DNA of 64,000 nucleotides, from contig JACQZE010000027.1 of NCBI GenBank assembly GCA_016207885.1, positions 11,944 through 75,943 on the forward strand. Direction: 5' to 3'. Below are positions 52,748 to 62,989 of this stretch, one piece after another. The notes under the pieces are model-generated. The model had not been told where the DNA came from, made no database searches, and worked only from the letters and a program-made list of their open reading frames with translations. How positions within the stretch are numbered: position 1 is the first letter of the stretch; every line of letters starts with the position of its first letter. The DNA comes from Nitrospirota bacterium. GTDB lineage: Bacteria; Nitrospirota; Thermodesulfovibrionia; UBA6902. The translations under genes were made by a program, and so were the position numbers.

Positions 52748-52987
52748 ATGTCTAAGGTAATAGATGCTGTTTTCGAAAACGGTGTTTTTAAGCCCCTTGA
52801 AGCAGTAGAGGTAAAGGAGCACGAAAAGGTCTCAATAAAGATAGTCTCGCTTGACGAATGGCAGAATCGCTTTAATAGGATCATCGATAAAATACACAAA
52901 AAAGCCTCTCAATACACTTCTGAAGAAATTGAAAATGATATTTCCCTGACCGTAAAAGAGATAAGAGAAGAAAAGCGTGCCAGTTAA
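52748..52987 (+). CDS. AF2212/DUF104-like antitoxin
   Basis: IDAVFENGVFKPLE. Confidence 0.85.
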   Translation: MSKVIDAVFENGVFKPLEAVEVKEHEKVSIKIVSLDEWQNRFNRIIDKIHKKASQYTSEEIENDISLTVKEIREEKRAS

Positions 52988-53420
52988 AGCTGTCATTGAT
53001 ACCAATATCTGGGTATCCTCTTTGCTCAATCCATTCGGCTTTCCTGCCAAATTACGTAACGCCTTTGAAAAAGGCACATTCCATGTCCTTATATCATAAC
53101 CCATGCTTGCAGAACTTGCCGATGTCCTCAGCCGTCCGAGAATAAAGGACAAGTACGGCATAACTGATGCCGACATTGAAGAACTTTTGACCCTGATAGA
53201 GGAACGGGCAGAGCATGTCATGGTTTTAGATGATGTTGCCGTTTGCAGAGACCCTGACGATAACCTCGTTATTGAAACAGCGATCAAGGGCAAGGCAGCG
53301 TATCTTGTAACAAGAGATGATGATATCAAGTTTGACAAGGATGTTTCAGTATTCCTGTTGCAATATGGCGTCGCTGTCGTTTCCATCGCAAAATTCTTAG
53401 CGCTCATAAATAAGTCTTAA
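52977..53420 (+). pseudogene. PIN-domain toxin with in-frame TAA at codon 41
   Basis: GTG 52977 gives VPVKAVIDTNIWVS...VLIS*PMLAEL...CRDPDDN...LVTRDDD; stop at 53097-53099. Confidence 0.85.
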
Positions 53421-53522
53421 GTTTTTTCAATGCCTTCAGATAACCTTAAGCTGTAACAAATTTATATTATTATGTCCCGCCAAAATGATTGTGCCTGAAA
53501 ATAACTGCATATAAATAATCTT

Positions 53523-54338
53523 CTATTTATCAATCACACCTTTAAACACACTTTTAACTTCCTTCAACAATTCCTTATGAACAGCAGGAGGCCCGGCGAC
53601 TATGTTTCCGGTTGTAAGATAATCTAAACCTCCGCTGAAATCTGTGACAATACCTCCGGCCTCTTTTATCAGCAGCGTGCCTGCCGCGATGTCCCACGGG
53701 CTCAGGCCTATCTCGAAAAAGCCGTCGCATCTTCCTGCGGCAAGATATGAGAGGTCGATTGCTGCTGAACCGGCTCTTCTTATGTCGCTTACTTTACTGA
53801 TGATATTTTTAAATAACTTCAGATAATTATCCATATGCTCTCTTTGTTTAAAAGGAAAGCCTGTTGAGATAAGTGAGCGGCTCAAATCAGTTGTCTCCAA
53901 CTGCTTGAGCGGCGTGCAGTTCAGATAAGCGCCATAACCTTTTAACGCAGTGAAACTCTCTTTTCTCAATGGGTCATAAACCACGCCTGCGATCATCTCT
54001 CCTTTATGCTCAAGGGCTATTGAGACGGAAAAGACAGGGAATCCGTGAATGAAATTTGTCGTGCCGTCAAGAGGGTCGATGATCCAGCGGTATTCTGAAG
54101 ATGAAGTTTCATTGATGGATTCTTCAGCAAGAATTCCATGGTTAGGATAGCTTTGCTTAATGATCTTTATAATTAAATCTTCAGACTTTTTATCAACATA
54201 GGTAACAAAGTCAGATCTTTGCTTGGTATCTATGTCACCTGCGGAAAGCTTCCCGATATTCTGCAATATAAATACACCTGCGATCCTGGATGCCTTTACC
54301 GCTGTCTCAAGATAATCGCTGTCATTATAAATATTCAT
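53523..54338 (-). CDS. suhB: Inositol monophosphatase family protein
   Basis: WIIDPLDGTTNF, GSAAID, PWDIAAG. Confidence 0.9.
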   Translation of the reverse strand: MNIYNDSDYLETAVKASRIAGVFILQNIGKLSAGDIDTKQRSDFVTYVDKKSEDLIIKIIKQSYPNHGILAEESINETSSSEYRWIIDPLDGTTNFIHGFPVFSVSIALEHKGEMIAGVVYDPLRKESFTALKGYGAYLNCTPLKQLETTDLSRSLISTGFPFKQREHMDNYLKLFKNIISKVSDIRRAGSAAIDLSYLAAGRCDGFFEIGLSPWDIAAGTLLIKEAGGIVTDFSGGLDYLTTGNIVAGPPAVHKELLKEVKSVFKGVIDK

Positions 54339-54432
54339 GAGAGATAATATAACATTTCATCAAGGTACAGTATAATAATATCATCAAATCAGAGCCAGGC
54401 AATAAACTTAACTATAGTAAAAGAGGAGAATC

Positions 54433-54723
54433 ATGAAAAGATTTTTAATTGCATTGTTCGCAGTCTTTATCCTTGCCTTAGGAACAGGTATTGCCTTCAG
54501 CAATGAAAACAAGAGTAAACATAATGAAAATTCTAATAACAAGGTAAGCCAGGAGCTTTCAGCAAAGCATCCTGATAACTGGGTTGATGAAGAACTTCAT
54601 GGTGAATACGTTGAAGAGTATGGCGATTCCAAATGTCAGGAGTGTCACGGTGCAGATTTGAAAGGCGGCAAGGATGCCCCGTCATGCAAAGAATGCCACG
54701 ATAAGCATGAAGAAAATGACTGA
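54433..54723 (+). CDS. Small periplasmic diheme cytochrome c
   Basis: Signal peptide; CQECH and CKECH. Confidence 0.8.
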   Translation: MKRFLIALFAVFILALGTGIAFSNENKSKHNENSNNKVSQELSAKHPDNWVDEELHGEYVEEYGDSKCQECHGADLKGGKDAPSCKECHDKHEEND

Positions 54724-54734
54724 CGGTATTTTTT

Positions 54735-55394
54735 TTAAATCCTTCCCCAAATAATTACATGGCGGTCTGAAACGGTCTCAACTGTAAGCGCATCTAAGCC
54801 GTTCTGTTTTAACTGGCTCTTTATCTCATCAGGTGTATACGCGGCAAGGAGAGAATTAAAAAAATCCTTCTGCAGTATCGGTGAGGCCTCTGCCGCGTGC
54901 TGTCTTACGAGTGATTCAGCAATCTCAGCAGAGGCGGGACGGAAGAGGTCCATAATAAATACAGGCGCGTTCTTTTTTGCGCACTCTCTTACCGTCTCCC
55001 ACAATACATGAGGATCGGCAAGATGGTGCAGTATGCTGTTTGATATGACAGCATCGAATTTGTACTTGAACAGGGTAGGGTCAGGCAGCAGGCAGTTTGA
55101 CAGTTTGATACGTTCTGTATAGCCGCACTTATGAATTTCACGCCGGGCTATTTCAAGCATCTCTCCCGCACCGTCAACACCGTTTATCTGTATGTCAGGC
55201 AATGCCTTTGCAAACCTGATGATCACATCGCCTGTGCCGCAGCCGATATCCAGCACTTTACCTGATGTGAAGTCCGGAAAACGTTCTTTAAAGTAGGAGA
55301 CAAAGGCTTCATGAGGTTCAGAGAAATCTGTTTCAGCATATGCCCTTGCCTGTTCTGCGTCATTCATCAACTCTTTTTCAGGAATGCGTTCCAT
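54735..55394 (-). CDS. Class I SAM-dependent methyltransferase
   Basis: MERIPEKELM start; LDIGCGTG; SNSILHH. Confidence 0.85.
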   Translation of the reverse strand: MERIPEKELMNDAEQARAYAETDFSEPHEAFVSYFKERFPDFTSGKVLDIGCGTGDVIIRFAKALPDIQINGVDGAGEMLEIARREIHKCGYTERIKLSNCLLPDPTLFKYKFDAVISNSILHHLADPHVLWETVRECAKKNAPVFIMDLFRPASAEIAESLVRQHAAEASPILQKDFFNSLLAAYTPDEIKSQLKQNGLDALTVETVSDRHVIIWGRI

Positions 55395-55400
55395 ACTTTT

Positions 55401-55424
55401 TGTCATTCTGGCTTGTCCGGAATC
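55401..55424. repeat. Single arm of a REP-like element
   Basis: TGTCATTCTGGCTTGTCCGGAATC, one mismatch to the 56490 arm. Confidence 0.8.
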
Positions 55425-55438
55425 TATTTGTAATCTTA

Positions 55439-56470
55439 TTATTCCTCTTTCCACTGGCATTGAATGTCATATGTGCCGTGCGGCCTGAACTTTCTCTTGA
55501 GAAGGTCAAGGCTGTCGCCGAGAAGTCCGTCCAATGAGTAGTCACCCATATTCTCTTTCTGAAGATAATAAAGGTAGCCTATATCCTCTGGTTCAAAACC
55601 TATCAAACGCGCTCCGATGCCGTCTGCCTTTAAAGCGTCGGCTGATGCTATCGCTGTCATCATCTTCACAGCAGTTCCGTCAACAGGGCCGTCGCCTTCC
55701 ATACATACATATCCGTCAAGCACAACGAGGTCAGGCCATACCTTCTTTGCCATCTCAGCGATGTTGTGATGTATCATCTTTACGCTCTTGCGGTAACCGG
55801 GATAACTTGAGAAGAGAAAATTGATCAGCCAGTTGGGCAGGGTCCTTCGTGCCTTTGATACGGTGCCGGCAGGAAGCTTGTCAAGAAAGGTCTTGGGAGC
55901 GTCAACTTCTACGCCCCCCTTCATGCCGTGCAGCATCGCCATGTCCTGCCTCATGACGAGACCTGCCATATTCTTTATGCCGAATGTCCCTATGGCGAAG
56001 TTATGCGTCTTGGGGATGGCAAGGGATATCTTGTAATCATAATCATCTGCCCGTTTTGTTATCCTTAAGTGTGTGTCGCCTACAATGGAATGGATAGTGC
56101 TGTGGATGAATTCTTTGTCATTGTCAAAATCAGTAAGAATTATATTTTTGTATTTATCCGGCAGTCGATTGTAATCAAAATCTTTAAACACCTCTTTAGT
56201 CGGGATGCCGTTGTAGAAAGCAGAGGCAGATGCCTCGCCTACAGTGATGGGTGTCTCAGGAACGATCTCTCTTATAAACTCTATAACAGCCTCTATCGTC
56301 TCGACATGTGTGTTTGCAAAATCAGGTTTGAGCGCGACAAGGTTGGGCTTGATAAGAATATTCCTGGCTTCACTTATGGGCATCAGGTCTTCATGGATCA
56401 ATGTCAGGCATCTTTTGATATTCTCTTTCCTGTTCTCACCCTTGATGATCGCTGCTTTTTTCCCTGCCAT
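55439..56470 (-). CDS. DUF362 domain protein
   Basis: ILIKPNLV, PKTH, IKNMAG, EGDGP. Confidence 0.85.
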   Translation of the reverse strand: MAGKKAAIIKGENRKENIKRCLTLIHEDLMPISEARNILIKPNLVALKPDFANTHVETIEAVIEFIREIVPETPITVGEASASAFYNGIPTKEVFKDFDYNRLPDKYKNIILTDFDNDKEFIHSTIHSIVGDTHLRITKRADDYDYKISLAIPKTHNFAIGTFGIKNMAGLVMRQDMAMLHGMKGGVEVDAPKTFLDKLPAGTVSKARRTLPNWLINFLFSSYPGYRKSVKMIHHNIAEMAKKVWPDLVVLDGYVCMEGDGPVDGTAVKMMTAIASADALKADGIGARLIGFEPEDIGYLYYLQKENMGDYSLDGLLGDSLDLLKRKFRPHGTYDIQCQWKEE

Positions 56471-56489
56471 AACACCCCCAGTTGTTTTT

Positions 56490-56551
56490 TGTCATTCCGG
56501 CTTGTCCGGAATCCTTTTATGAGTAACGATTCCGGACAAGCCGGAATGACA
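56490..56551. repeat. REP/RPE-like 24-bp perfect inverted repeat
   Basis: TGTCATTCCGGCTTGTCCGGAATC-N14-GATTCCGGACAAGCCGGAATGACA. Confidence 0.9.
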
Positions 56552-56587
56552 CATAATAGAGTAATTGCAATATATTTGAAATGGATA

Positions 56588-59500
56588 TTAAAAGCTCGAT
56601 ATATTCATCAGATGCTCAAATGATCCGTCATTCATCCACCTGTCCAGGTCTGAAGGCTCTTTAAGCTGCTGGCCGCGGTATCTTGAAACCGCGACATATG
56701 AAGCGCTTAACCCATTCATGCCTGTTATATCTCCCCAGAGTTTTTCAAATTGAGCAACAGGATAGACATCTTCCTGCCCATTTCCCCAGAGATATTTTAC
56801 ATTTTTGATAGTTACATAAGCAGGCGTTCTCATCTCAACATCATGGATCGCTTCTATGACCTGATCATATTTAGTCTTGTCATTTTCTGATCGCAGTATT
56901 ATCTCTCTGTCAAGCCCGAAGAACGCCAGAAGTGAATCTATCGTTATCCAGTTTGTGAGCGTACTGTAATAACTGAGGCTGAACTCATCATCCTCTCCCG
57001 GCAGGGCAAGCCCCTCGATCAGCTGTATCCTGCCGTTCACCTTGGCGAGCCCGCCGCCCTTATCCTCAATATATCTGGGTATTACCTCAAATGTGACGCA
57101 GGCTTTATTTGAGATATGAAGCCCTAATAATTCCGGTGAAGCATTAACCCCTAACGTATCGATATTAGAGGATAAAATATATTTTAAGGCTGGGCGCTCC
57201 TTCAATATGGCAGCCATTGTGCCGTTCTTTAACATGTTGGGTATCTCATACCAGTGCCCGGGCGGGTTGAACCTTAAAATGGGTTTATTCTCTGAGTAGT
57301 CTTTTCCTTCACCTTTAGACTTAGTCCATTCAATGAGGGCTGTATGCTGCGCATGTCCGGCCTTAAGGTTTTCATCATCCGTGCTTTGCCCGTGCTTTTT
57401 CTCCCAAATGAACTGAAGGTCTCTCACCATTGGATAGACCCTCCTTGCTATGCTTTTCCCGGGAGAGAGATAAATATCTTTTTCGCAGCCGAAATGATCG
57501 AACCTCTTTAAATATTTCTCTATTGCGTCATGGGTCAAATAACTTGTTGTAAATATATGAGGGATATTCTTTCCAAACAACTCAGCTGTCTTCCTGCTTT
57601 TTGCCAGGTGCGCCTCAATAAAGGTTCTGTACCTGTCTCCTGCTTTAAGAAAAGGGTTTATTGGTTTTGCCACTGCCGCGCCATGGCTCCAGCGGCTGCC
57701 CATACCTGCGGCAAAGGTCACAACCGCAACCTCACCGTTGCTCAATGATTTAGTGCCGATATCATAAAATGACTTATTCTTTAACGCATCTTCTTCATGG
57801 AATAATTCATCACGGCCCACATCTTCAACAATTGTTGTTATTGGAAGCCTGTTCTTTTCGAGGCTGATATCACCCCTTATAAGGAGGGAGCGGATATGTT
57901 CATGCGATGTTTTATCAAAACCGTATCTATCCATGATCTCAGCTTCTCCAGGCTTCTGATCATCAGATGAATCCATATCATCATTTGTCCGCTTCGGTAT
58001 CTCCGGTATCTTTGCATCTTTGCCCTGCAGGAGTTTCGCTATTATGCCTTTATGATTGAAATTGAAATCATAGACTATAGGGTCAATGACAAATGGATAT
58101 GATGAACTGTATATATCTTTGAGTTCACGCATAATGACTTTTATCCTTTTCTTGAATTGCGAATTGATCTCAGGGTTCACAATAAAAGCCATGCCGCCGC
58201 CTGACATTCCTCCAAGCATGAGAAATCCCCAGTAGTCATCTTTGAACTCTTCTTTCATTCGTTTGATCAGGTCATCGGTAAATGCGTTGTTAACGCCGGG
58301 AATGATCGGTTGTATCGCCTCTTCCCAATCCAGGGACGTAAGCCTTCCAAGCTCTTTCATGTTGCCTGACCGCAAGGCATCCGTTATCCTGTCAAAGAGC
58401 ATAATTCCTTTTTCACGTGCAGCCCGCTCTTCGTCATGTTTAAGCAGATACTTTTCAGTGACCATCTCAAGGATCGAACCTACATCCTGTGATATCCCGC
58501 CGTGAACAAGTACCATGGACTTTAATATCCTGTCTTCCACATCCGTGGATATCTCCTCCTTTGTAAAGAGCGTATAGTCAGGAAGCAGGCAGCCTCTGCT
58601 GATTCCAAATTCAGCGCTTCCAGACTCAGCAAGCCTTCCTGTAATCACCTTTATTCCCGGCCATAATCCTCCTGAATCCTGCCAGCCTCCGCCGGAACCT
58701 CCCAGCCATTCGCCAAGTATAGCCCTTGAAGCAACTATCCGTCTGTCCTCATCAGAGAGAGGGCCTGTAAGGTTTTTTATCTGGCCGCTGAACCTCATGA
58801 GCTGTGTTATGATCGCTGCAAGCAGGGTAGTGCTGACAGCAAGGCGGGAACCTTTAGGGATGTTGTTAACGCTTGTTACAATTTCTATTCCGCCATCCTT
58901 GCCGAGAAGCTTTGCAAGAATATCCGGAAGAGATATTTCACTCTTCTCAAAACACGGCGGCACAATGCCTGATGCGACAACACCGGCTTTTAGCAGTGAG
59001 AGGTAATCATTGCTGAAATTAAAAAGCTCCTTCAGGGTTGAGATATCTTTTGTTTCTCTCAGGTCGATCGATGAAAGGCGTATGGCCGGCTTTTCGATAT
59101 AACGGCAATAACACTCACATGGCGGCAGGATCGGACTATTGCTACCATGAACCCTAAGGTCAACTGAGATATTAACTACTCTGGCGCCTTCTGGAAAGTC
59201 CATGCCGAGAAAGAATATATCTGACCACCCGCTGTGTGAAGGGTCGATCCTTACAGGAGATGCGTCGACGCCTACGGGATAATTATCTGTAATAGTATCA
59301 GACAACGTAAGCACAGGCGGGACAAGGTATGGATAATCATCCAAACCGTTAATATTATAAAGGTGGTAATTTTCACTGCATCGGCTTATCGAAAGCTTGA
59401 CCTGGCCAAAGAGATATTGAAATGATAATTTGTGATATGACTCCGCGATCGCGCTGTAAAGGTTTACGTTACGGCCGCCTGCCTTGCCGGCTTCCTCCAG

Positions 59501-59800
59501 AAAAACACTTATTGCTCTCTCAAAATCTTTTTTACCAGCAGCCTTTATCCCGTCAAGAGGGGCCTTCCCGCTGTGTGAGAGATCAGGGTCTGCAAGGAGA
59601 CGGAACCTGTATATGAAGAACAGAAACAGTGAAGCCCTGACTTTATGGTAAAGGTTATCAGAGCTTTTTCTGAATGACTCAAGCTCCATTGCAAGCTTAA
59701 ACAGTCTCTCCATGCTGTGGCCCTGCAATATGGAATCGATCGAGCGGTTGCGCACAGAAGGTGTATCGCTCAATATTGCTTGAATTAGAAAATTAGTCAT
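56588..59800 (-). CDS. GHMP-type sugar kinase fused to a UDPGP-type nucleotidyltransferase
   Basis: PKGSRLAVS, GGGWQD, GGMSGGG; AAGMGSRW, PPGHW, NIDTLG, KGGGL, QFEKLWGD. Confidence 0.75.
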   Translation of the reverse strand: MTNFLIQAILSDTPSVRNRSIDSILQGHSMERLFKLAMELESFRKSSDNLYHKVRASLFLFFIYRFRLLADPDLSHSGKAPLDGIKAAGKKDFERAISVFLEEAGKAGGRNVNLYSAIAESYHKLSFQYLFGQVKLSISRCSENYHLYNINGLDDYPYLVPPVLTLSDTITDNYPVGVDASPVRIDPSHSGWSDIFFLGMDFPEGARVVNISVDLRVHGSNSPILPPCECYCRYIEKPAIRLSSIDLRETKDISTLKELFNFSNDYLSLLKAGVVASGIVPPCFEKSEISLPDILAKLLGKDGGIEIVTSVNNIPKGSRLAVSTTLLAAIITQLMRFSGQIKNLTGPLSDEDRRIVASRAILGEWLGGSGGGWQDSGGLWPGIKVITGRLAESGSAEFGISRGCLLPDYTLFTKEEISTDVEDRILKSMVLVHGGISQDVGSILEMVTEKYLLKHDEERAAREKGIMLFDRITDALRSGNMKELGRLTSLDWEEAIQPIIPGVNNAFTDDLIKRMKEEFKDDYWGFLMLGGMSGGGMAFIVNPEINSQFKKRIKVIMRELKDIYSSSYPFVIDPIVYDFNFNHKGIIAKLLQGKDAKIPEIPKRTNDDMDSSDDQKPGEAEIMDRYGFDKTSHEHIRSLLIRGDISLEKNRLPITTIVEDVGRDELFHEEDALKNKSFYDIGTKSLSNGEVAVVTFAAGMGSRWSHGAAVAKPINPFLKAGDRYRTFIEAHLAKSRKTAELFGKNIPHIFTTSYLTHDAIEKYLKRFDHFGCEKDIYLSPGKSIARRVYPMVRDLQFIWEKKHGQSTDDENLKAGHAQHTALIEWTKSKGEGKDYSENKPILRFNPPGHWYEIPNMLKNGTMAAILKERPALKYILSSNIDTLGVNASPELLGLHISNKACVTFEVIPRYIEDKGGGLAKVNGRIQLIEGLALPGEDDEFSLSYYSTLTNWITIDSLLAFFGLDREIILRSENDKTKYDQVIEAIHDVEMRTPAYVTIKNVKYLWGNGQEDVYPVAQFEKLWGDITGMNGLSASYVAVSRYRGQQLKEPSDLDRWMNDGSFEHLMNISSF

Positions 59801-59900
59801 ATCAGAGAGATTATTTTAACATACTCATATTAAAGGCCATTTCTTTATTACATATAATAAAGGTGATATAATAAAAAATGCATTTAAAGGAGGTGTCTTA

Positions 59901-60419
59901 ATGAAAACAGAAGATAAGGGATGGAGCCCATATTTGGCAGGTGTGTTGAGCGGGCTGGTGATCATCGCTTCTGCATGGATCGCAAACAATTTTTTCGGGG
60001 CTTCAACATGTTTTGTCAGGACAGCAGGGTTAATTGAGAGGCTTTTTGATCCTGAACGCGTTCTTACAATGGATTACTTTGTCAGGTATATACCTGAAGT
60101 GGATTGGCAGATGATGATGGTTATCGGCATATTATTAGGGGCTTTTATCTCATCAGTCACCTCAGGCAGCTTTAAGATAAAAGCTGTGCCTGATATGTGG
60201 GAAAAACATTTTGGCCCAAGCAGGCTGAAGAGAGGCCTTACTGCTTTTGCCGGCGGTGTGATACTTATGTTCGGCGCCAGGCTTGCAGGCGGATGCCCGA
60301 GCGGTTATGGCCTGGGAGCTCTTGTACAACTTGCGGTTAGCGGCCTCGTGGTTATAATGTGTTTCTTTATCGGAGGCATTGTTGTAGCCCAGCTTTTGTA
60401 TCATGGGGGTGACAAATGA
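59901..60419 (+). CDS. YeeE/YedE family sulfur transporter subunit
   Basis: WSPY, FGAS, FGARLAGGCPSG. Confidence 0.88.
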   Translation: MKTEDKGWSPYLAGVLSGLVIIASAWIANNFFGASTCFVRTAGLIERLFDPERVLTMDYFVRYIPEVDWQMMMVIGILLGAFISSVTSGSFKIKAVPDMWEKHFGPSRLKRGLTAFAGGVILMFGARLAGGCPSGYGLGALVQLAVSGLVVIMCFFIGGIVVAQLLYHGGDK

Positions 60420-60943
60420 GTACTCTTATTAATGGATTGATAACAGGCATATTATTCGGTTTCTTTCTTCAAAAGGGAAGGGTGCTCCGCTATGACAGGC
60501 AGATAGGCGCTCTCCGGCTCACTGATATGACGATCGTGAAGTTCATGTTTTCAGCGATCCTGACAGGCATGATAGGCGTCCACATACTTTTCATGCTCGG
60601 GTTTGCCAAGCCGCTTATACTGCCGACAAACCTTGTGTCCAATATCCTCGGCGGCCTTATCTTTGGTTTTGGCTGGGGGCTGCTCGGATATTGTCCAGGG
60701 ACATCTCTTGGCGCGCTTGGCGAAGGAAGGGTGGACGCTTTCTGGGGGATGCTCGGGATGCTGGCCGGCGCCGGAATATTTGCTGAACTATATCCGGTTA
60801 TAAGCGATACGATCCTTAGCTGGGGAAGTGAGGGATTTATCACCCTCTCCTCAATTATCGGCGTAAACGATTGGGTCGTTATTGCAGTCTTCGTAGTTGG
60901 AGGGTTGTTTCTCTTCAGATGGCTGGAAAAGGCCGGGCTGTAA
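60416..60943 (+). CDS. YeeE/YedE family sulfur transporter subunit (partner)
   Basis: GILFGFFLQK, GGLIFGFGWGLLGYCPGT. Confidence 0.88.
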   Translation: MSTLINGLITGILFGFFLQKGRVLRYDRQIGALRLTDMTIVKFMFSAILTGMIGVHILFMLGFAKPLILPTNLVSNILGGLIFGFGWGLLGYCPGTSLGALGEGRVDAFWGMLGMLAGAGIFAELYPVISDTILSWGSEGFITLSSIIGVNDWVVIAVFVVGGLFLFRWLEKAGL

Positions 60944-60977
60944 CAAGAAGAGCCTATTTATTTTTCCTGGAGGCTAA

Positions 60978-61709
60978 TTGGCAAAAAATTCAATGTATCT
61001 TTACGGCAAGAATTCTGTGCTTGAACGGCTGCGGTACAACCCTTCAAGCATTAAGCGGATCTACCTTCAGGACAATTTCAGATCAAAAGATATAATAGAT
61101 GCCATAGCTGCCGGGCAGATACCTGTCAGTCGTGTATCAGAGAAAGAACTTTTACGAATAAAGAATGCTGACCGGATCCAGGGTATTGTCGCAGAGGCTG
61201 AAAAATTCAGATACATAGAATTCAAGGAGCTTCTTCGCCCCCGAAATGGGAAAACACTGTCGCTTGTTTTTCTGGACAACTTAAGCGACCCGCATAACCT
61301 CGGCAGTATCATCCGCATAGCCGCATGTTTTGATGGTTTTGCCATTGTTATTCCCGAACGTAATTCCTGTGATATTAATGAGACCGTTCTTCATGTTGCA
61401 TCCGGAGGGGAGAATTATGTGCCGGTGTCAATGATCGGCAATATGTCACAGGCTTTGACAGAGGCGAAAGAAGCAGGCTACTGGGCTGTCGGGACTGTTG
61501 TGGAAGACGGGGCTGACATAAATAAGGTCTCTCTGCCTTTTCCTCTTTGTCTTGTGCTGGGGTCGGAAGGAAAGGGCATAAGGCACGGTATCGATAAACA
61601 TCTTGACATGAAGGTCACTCTTCCGATGAAAGGCGCTCAGCTTTCTTTTAATGTTGCCATGTCATATGCGATATTTGCCCATGAGATAGCAAAACAGCGA
61701 AAGACATGA
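60978..61709 (+). CDS. TrmH/RlmB-family RNA methyltransferase
   Basis: DPHNLGSIIR, GSEGKG, SFNVA. Confidence 0.9.
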   Translation: MAKNSMYLYGKNSVLERLRYNPSSIKRIYLQDNFRSKDIIDAIAAGQIPVSRVSEKELLRIKNADRIQGIVAEAEKFRYIEFKELLRPRNGKTLSLVFLDNLSDPHNLGSIIRIAACFDGFAIVIPERNSCDINETVLHVASGGENYVPVSMIGNMSQALTEAKEAGYWAVGTVVEDGADINKVSLPFPLCLVLGSEGKGIRHGIDKHLDMKVTLPMKGAQLSFNVAMSYAIFAHEIAKQRKT

Positions 61710-61722
61710 TATATTTCTAACT

Positions 61723-62172
61723 ATGGAGGGTAAAATGATAATTATTATTGTTGATCTGGGACACTTCAAAGCATACAGGGTGGTCAAAAACACACTTGAG
61801 AGCACAAAGATAGAACCGCTCAAAGCATATGATAATGTTGATGCCCATGGAAAACTCAGTGACAAGGTGAGTGATGGTTCCGGGAAGTTTGCACTAAACG
61901 GCGGCAAGCAGGGCAGGAAAGGTACAGGCGAGGCGCATAATGTTGAGTCTGAGAAAAAGAGAAGGGTAATTAAATTGATCACCGGGGACATTGAAGCGCT
62001 AATAAAAAAAGAAGGATCTAAAAAATGGTTTTTGGCCGCGGAAAAAAGCATTAATAACCAGATACTGGAAAATCTTTCTTCCGATGCGATTAACAAGATG
62101 GAAAAAAACATTATTGCGGATCTTACCGGAACAGACAAGGCAAAACTTCTTGACAGATTCGGTATTTCATAA
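61723..62172 (+). CDS. Host-attachment-family protein
   Basis: IIVDLGHFKAY...ADLT pattern. Confidence 0.55.
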   Translation: MEGKMIIIIVDLGHFKAYRVVKNTLESTKIEPLKAYDNVDAHGKLSDKVSDGSGKFALNGGKQGRKGTGEAHNVESEKKRRVIKLITGDIEALIKKEGSKKWFLAAEKSINNQILENLSSDAINKMEKNIIADLTGTDKAKLLDRFGIS

Positions 62173-62232
62173 TATTTATATTATCCTTGCGAGGTCATTC
62201 ATTATTATATTTTCTATTCGAATAATGCTGCC

Positions 62233-62916
62233 ATGCCGAACGAAAAGATACTCATTATAGAAGATGATGCTGATATTGTAGAGATGATCACATACAACCT
62301 TGAAAAGGAAGGTTTTAAGGTTGTATCTTCATCAAACGGAGAAGACGCGCTTGAACTGTTAAAAACAGAACATCTGAACCTGGTTATTCTTGACCTGATG
62401 CTGCCCGGACTGGATGGTTTTGAGGTTTGCAGCTCCATCAGGAATAATGAGGACACTTCTCATCTGCCTATTATCATGCTTACTGCAAAATCGCAGGAGG
62501 CAGATAAGATAGTCGGTTTTGAAATTGGCGCTGACGATTATGTTACTAAACCATTCAGCCCTAAGGAACTTATTGCAAGGATAAGGGCTGTGCTCAGAAG
62601 GTTGAAATCTCCCATGCTTAAGAAAATTAAAACCCGGGATATAGCTATTGACACCTTGAAACACAAGGCAACTGTTTTGGGCAATCCGGTACATCTGACC
62701 TATACAGAATTTAAACTTCTTGCTTATATGACACAAAGGCCCGGCGTCGTATTAACCAGAGACAAAATAGTTGCTGATGTTTTTAATTACAGTTCAGACA
62801 GCTATGACAGGTCGGTCGACAACCATATAAAGACCTTAAGAAAAAAACTCGGGACAGCCAGAGATTATATTGAAACCGTACGAGGTTTGGGATACAGCTT
62901 TAAGGATAATTTATAG
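62233..62916 (+). CDS. OmpR/PhoB-family response regulator
   Basis: LDLMLPG, MLTAK, GADDYVTKPFS, ETVRGLGY. Confidence 0.93.
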   Translation: MPNEKILIIEDDADIVEMITYNLEKEGFKVVSSSNGEDALELLKTEHLNLVILDLMLPGLDGFEVCSSIRNNEDTSHLPIIMLTAKSQEADKIVGFEIGADDYVTKPFSPKELIARIRAVLRRLKSPMLKKIKTRDIAIDTLKHKATVLGNPVHLTYTEFKLLAYMTQRPGVVLTRDKIVADVFNYSSDSYDRSVDNHIKTLRKKLGTARDYIETVRGLGYSFKDNL

Positions 62917-62989
62917 TTTTTGGCATGTTATTTATAGATAAAACCTTACATCTCTCCAATTTTGCCTTAGAAACCTGCGTTAACCGGTA

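Noticed and set aside
53103..53420. 105-aa ORF as an intact gene
   Set aside because: It is the 3' part of the interrupted PIN gene
55395..55460. N-terminal extension of the methyltransferase (IDSGQARMT)
   Set aside because: It is translated REP arm and overlaps the upstream gene
62921..62936. TGGCATGTTATTTAT as a sigma54 promoter
   Set aside because: Lacks the -12 GC
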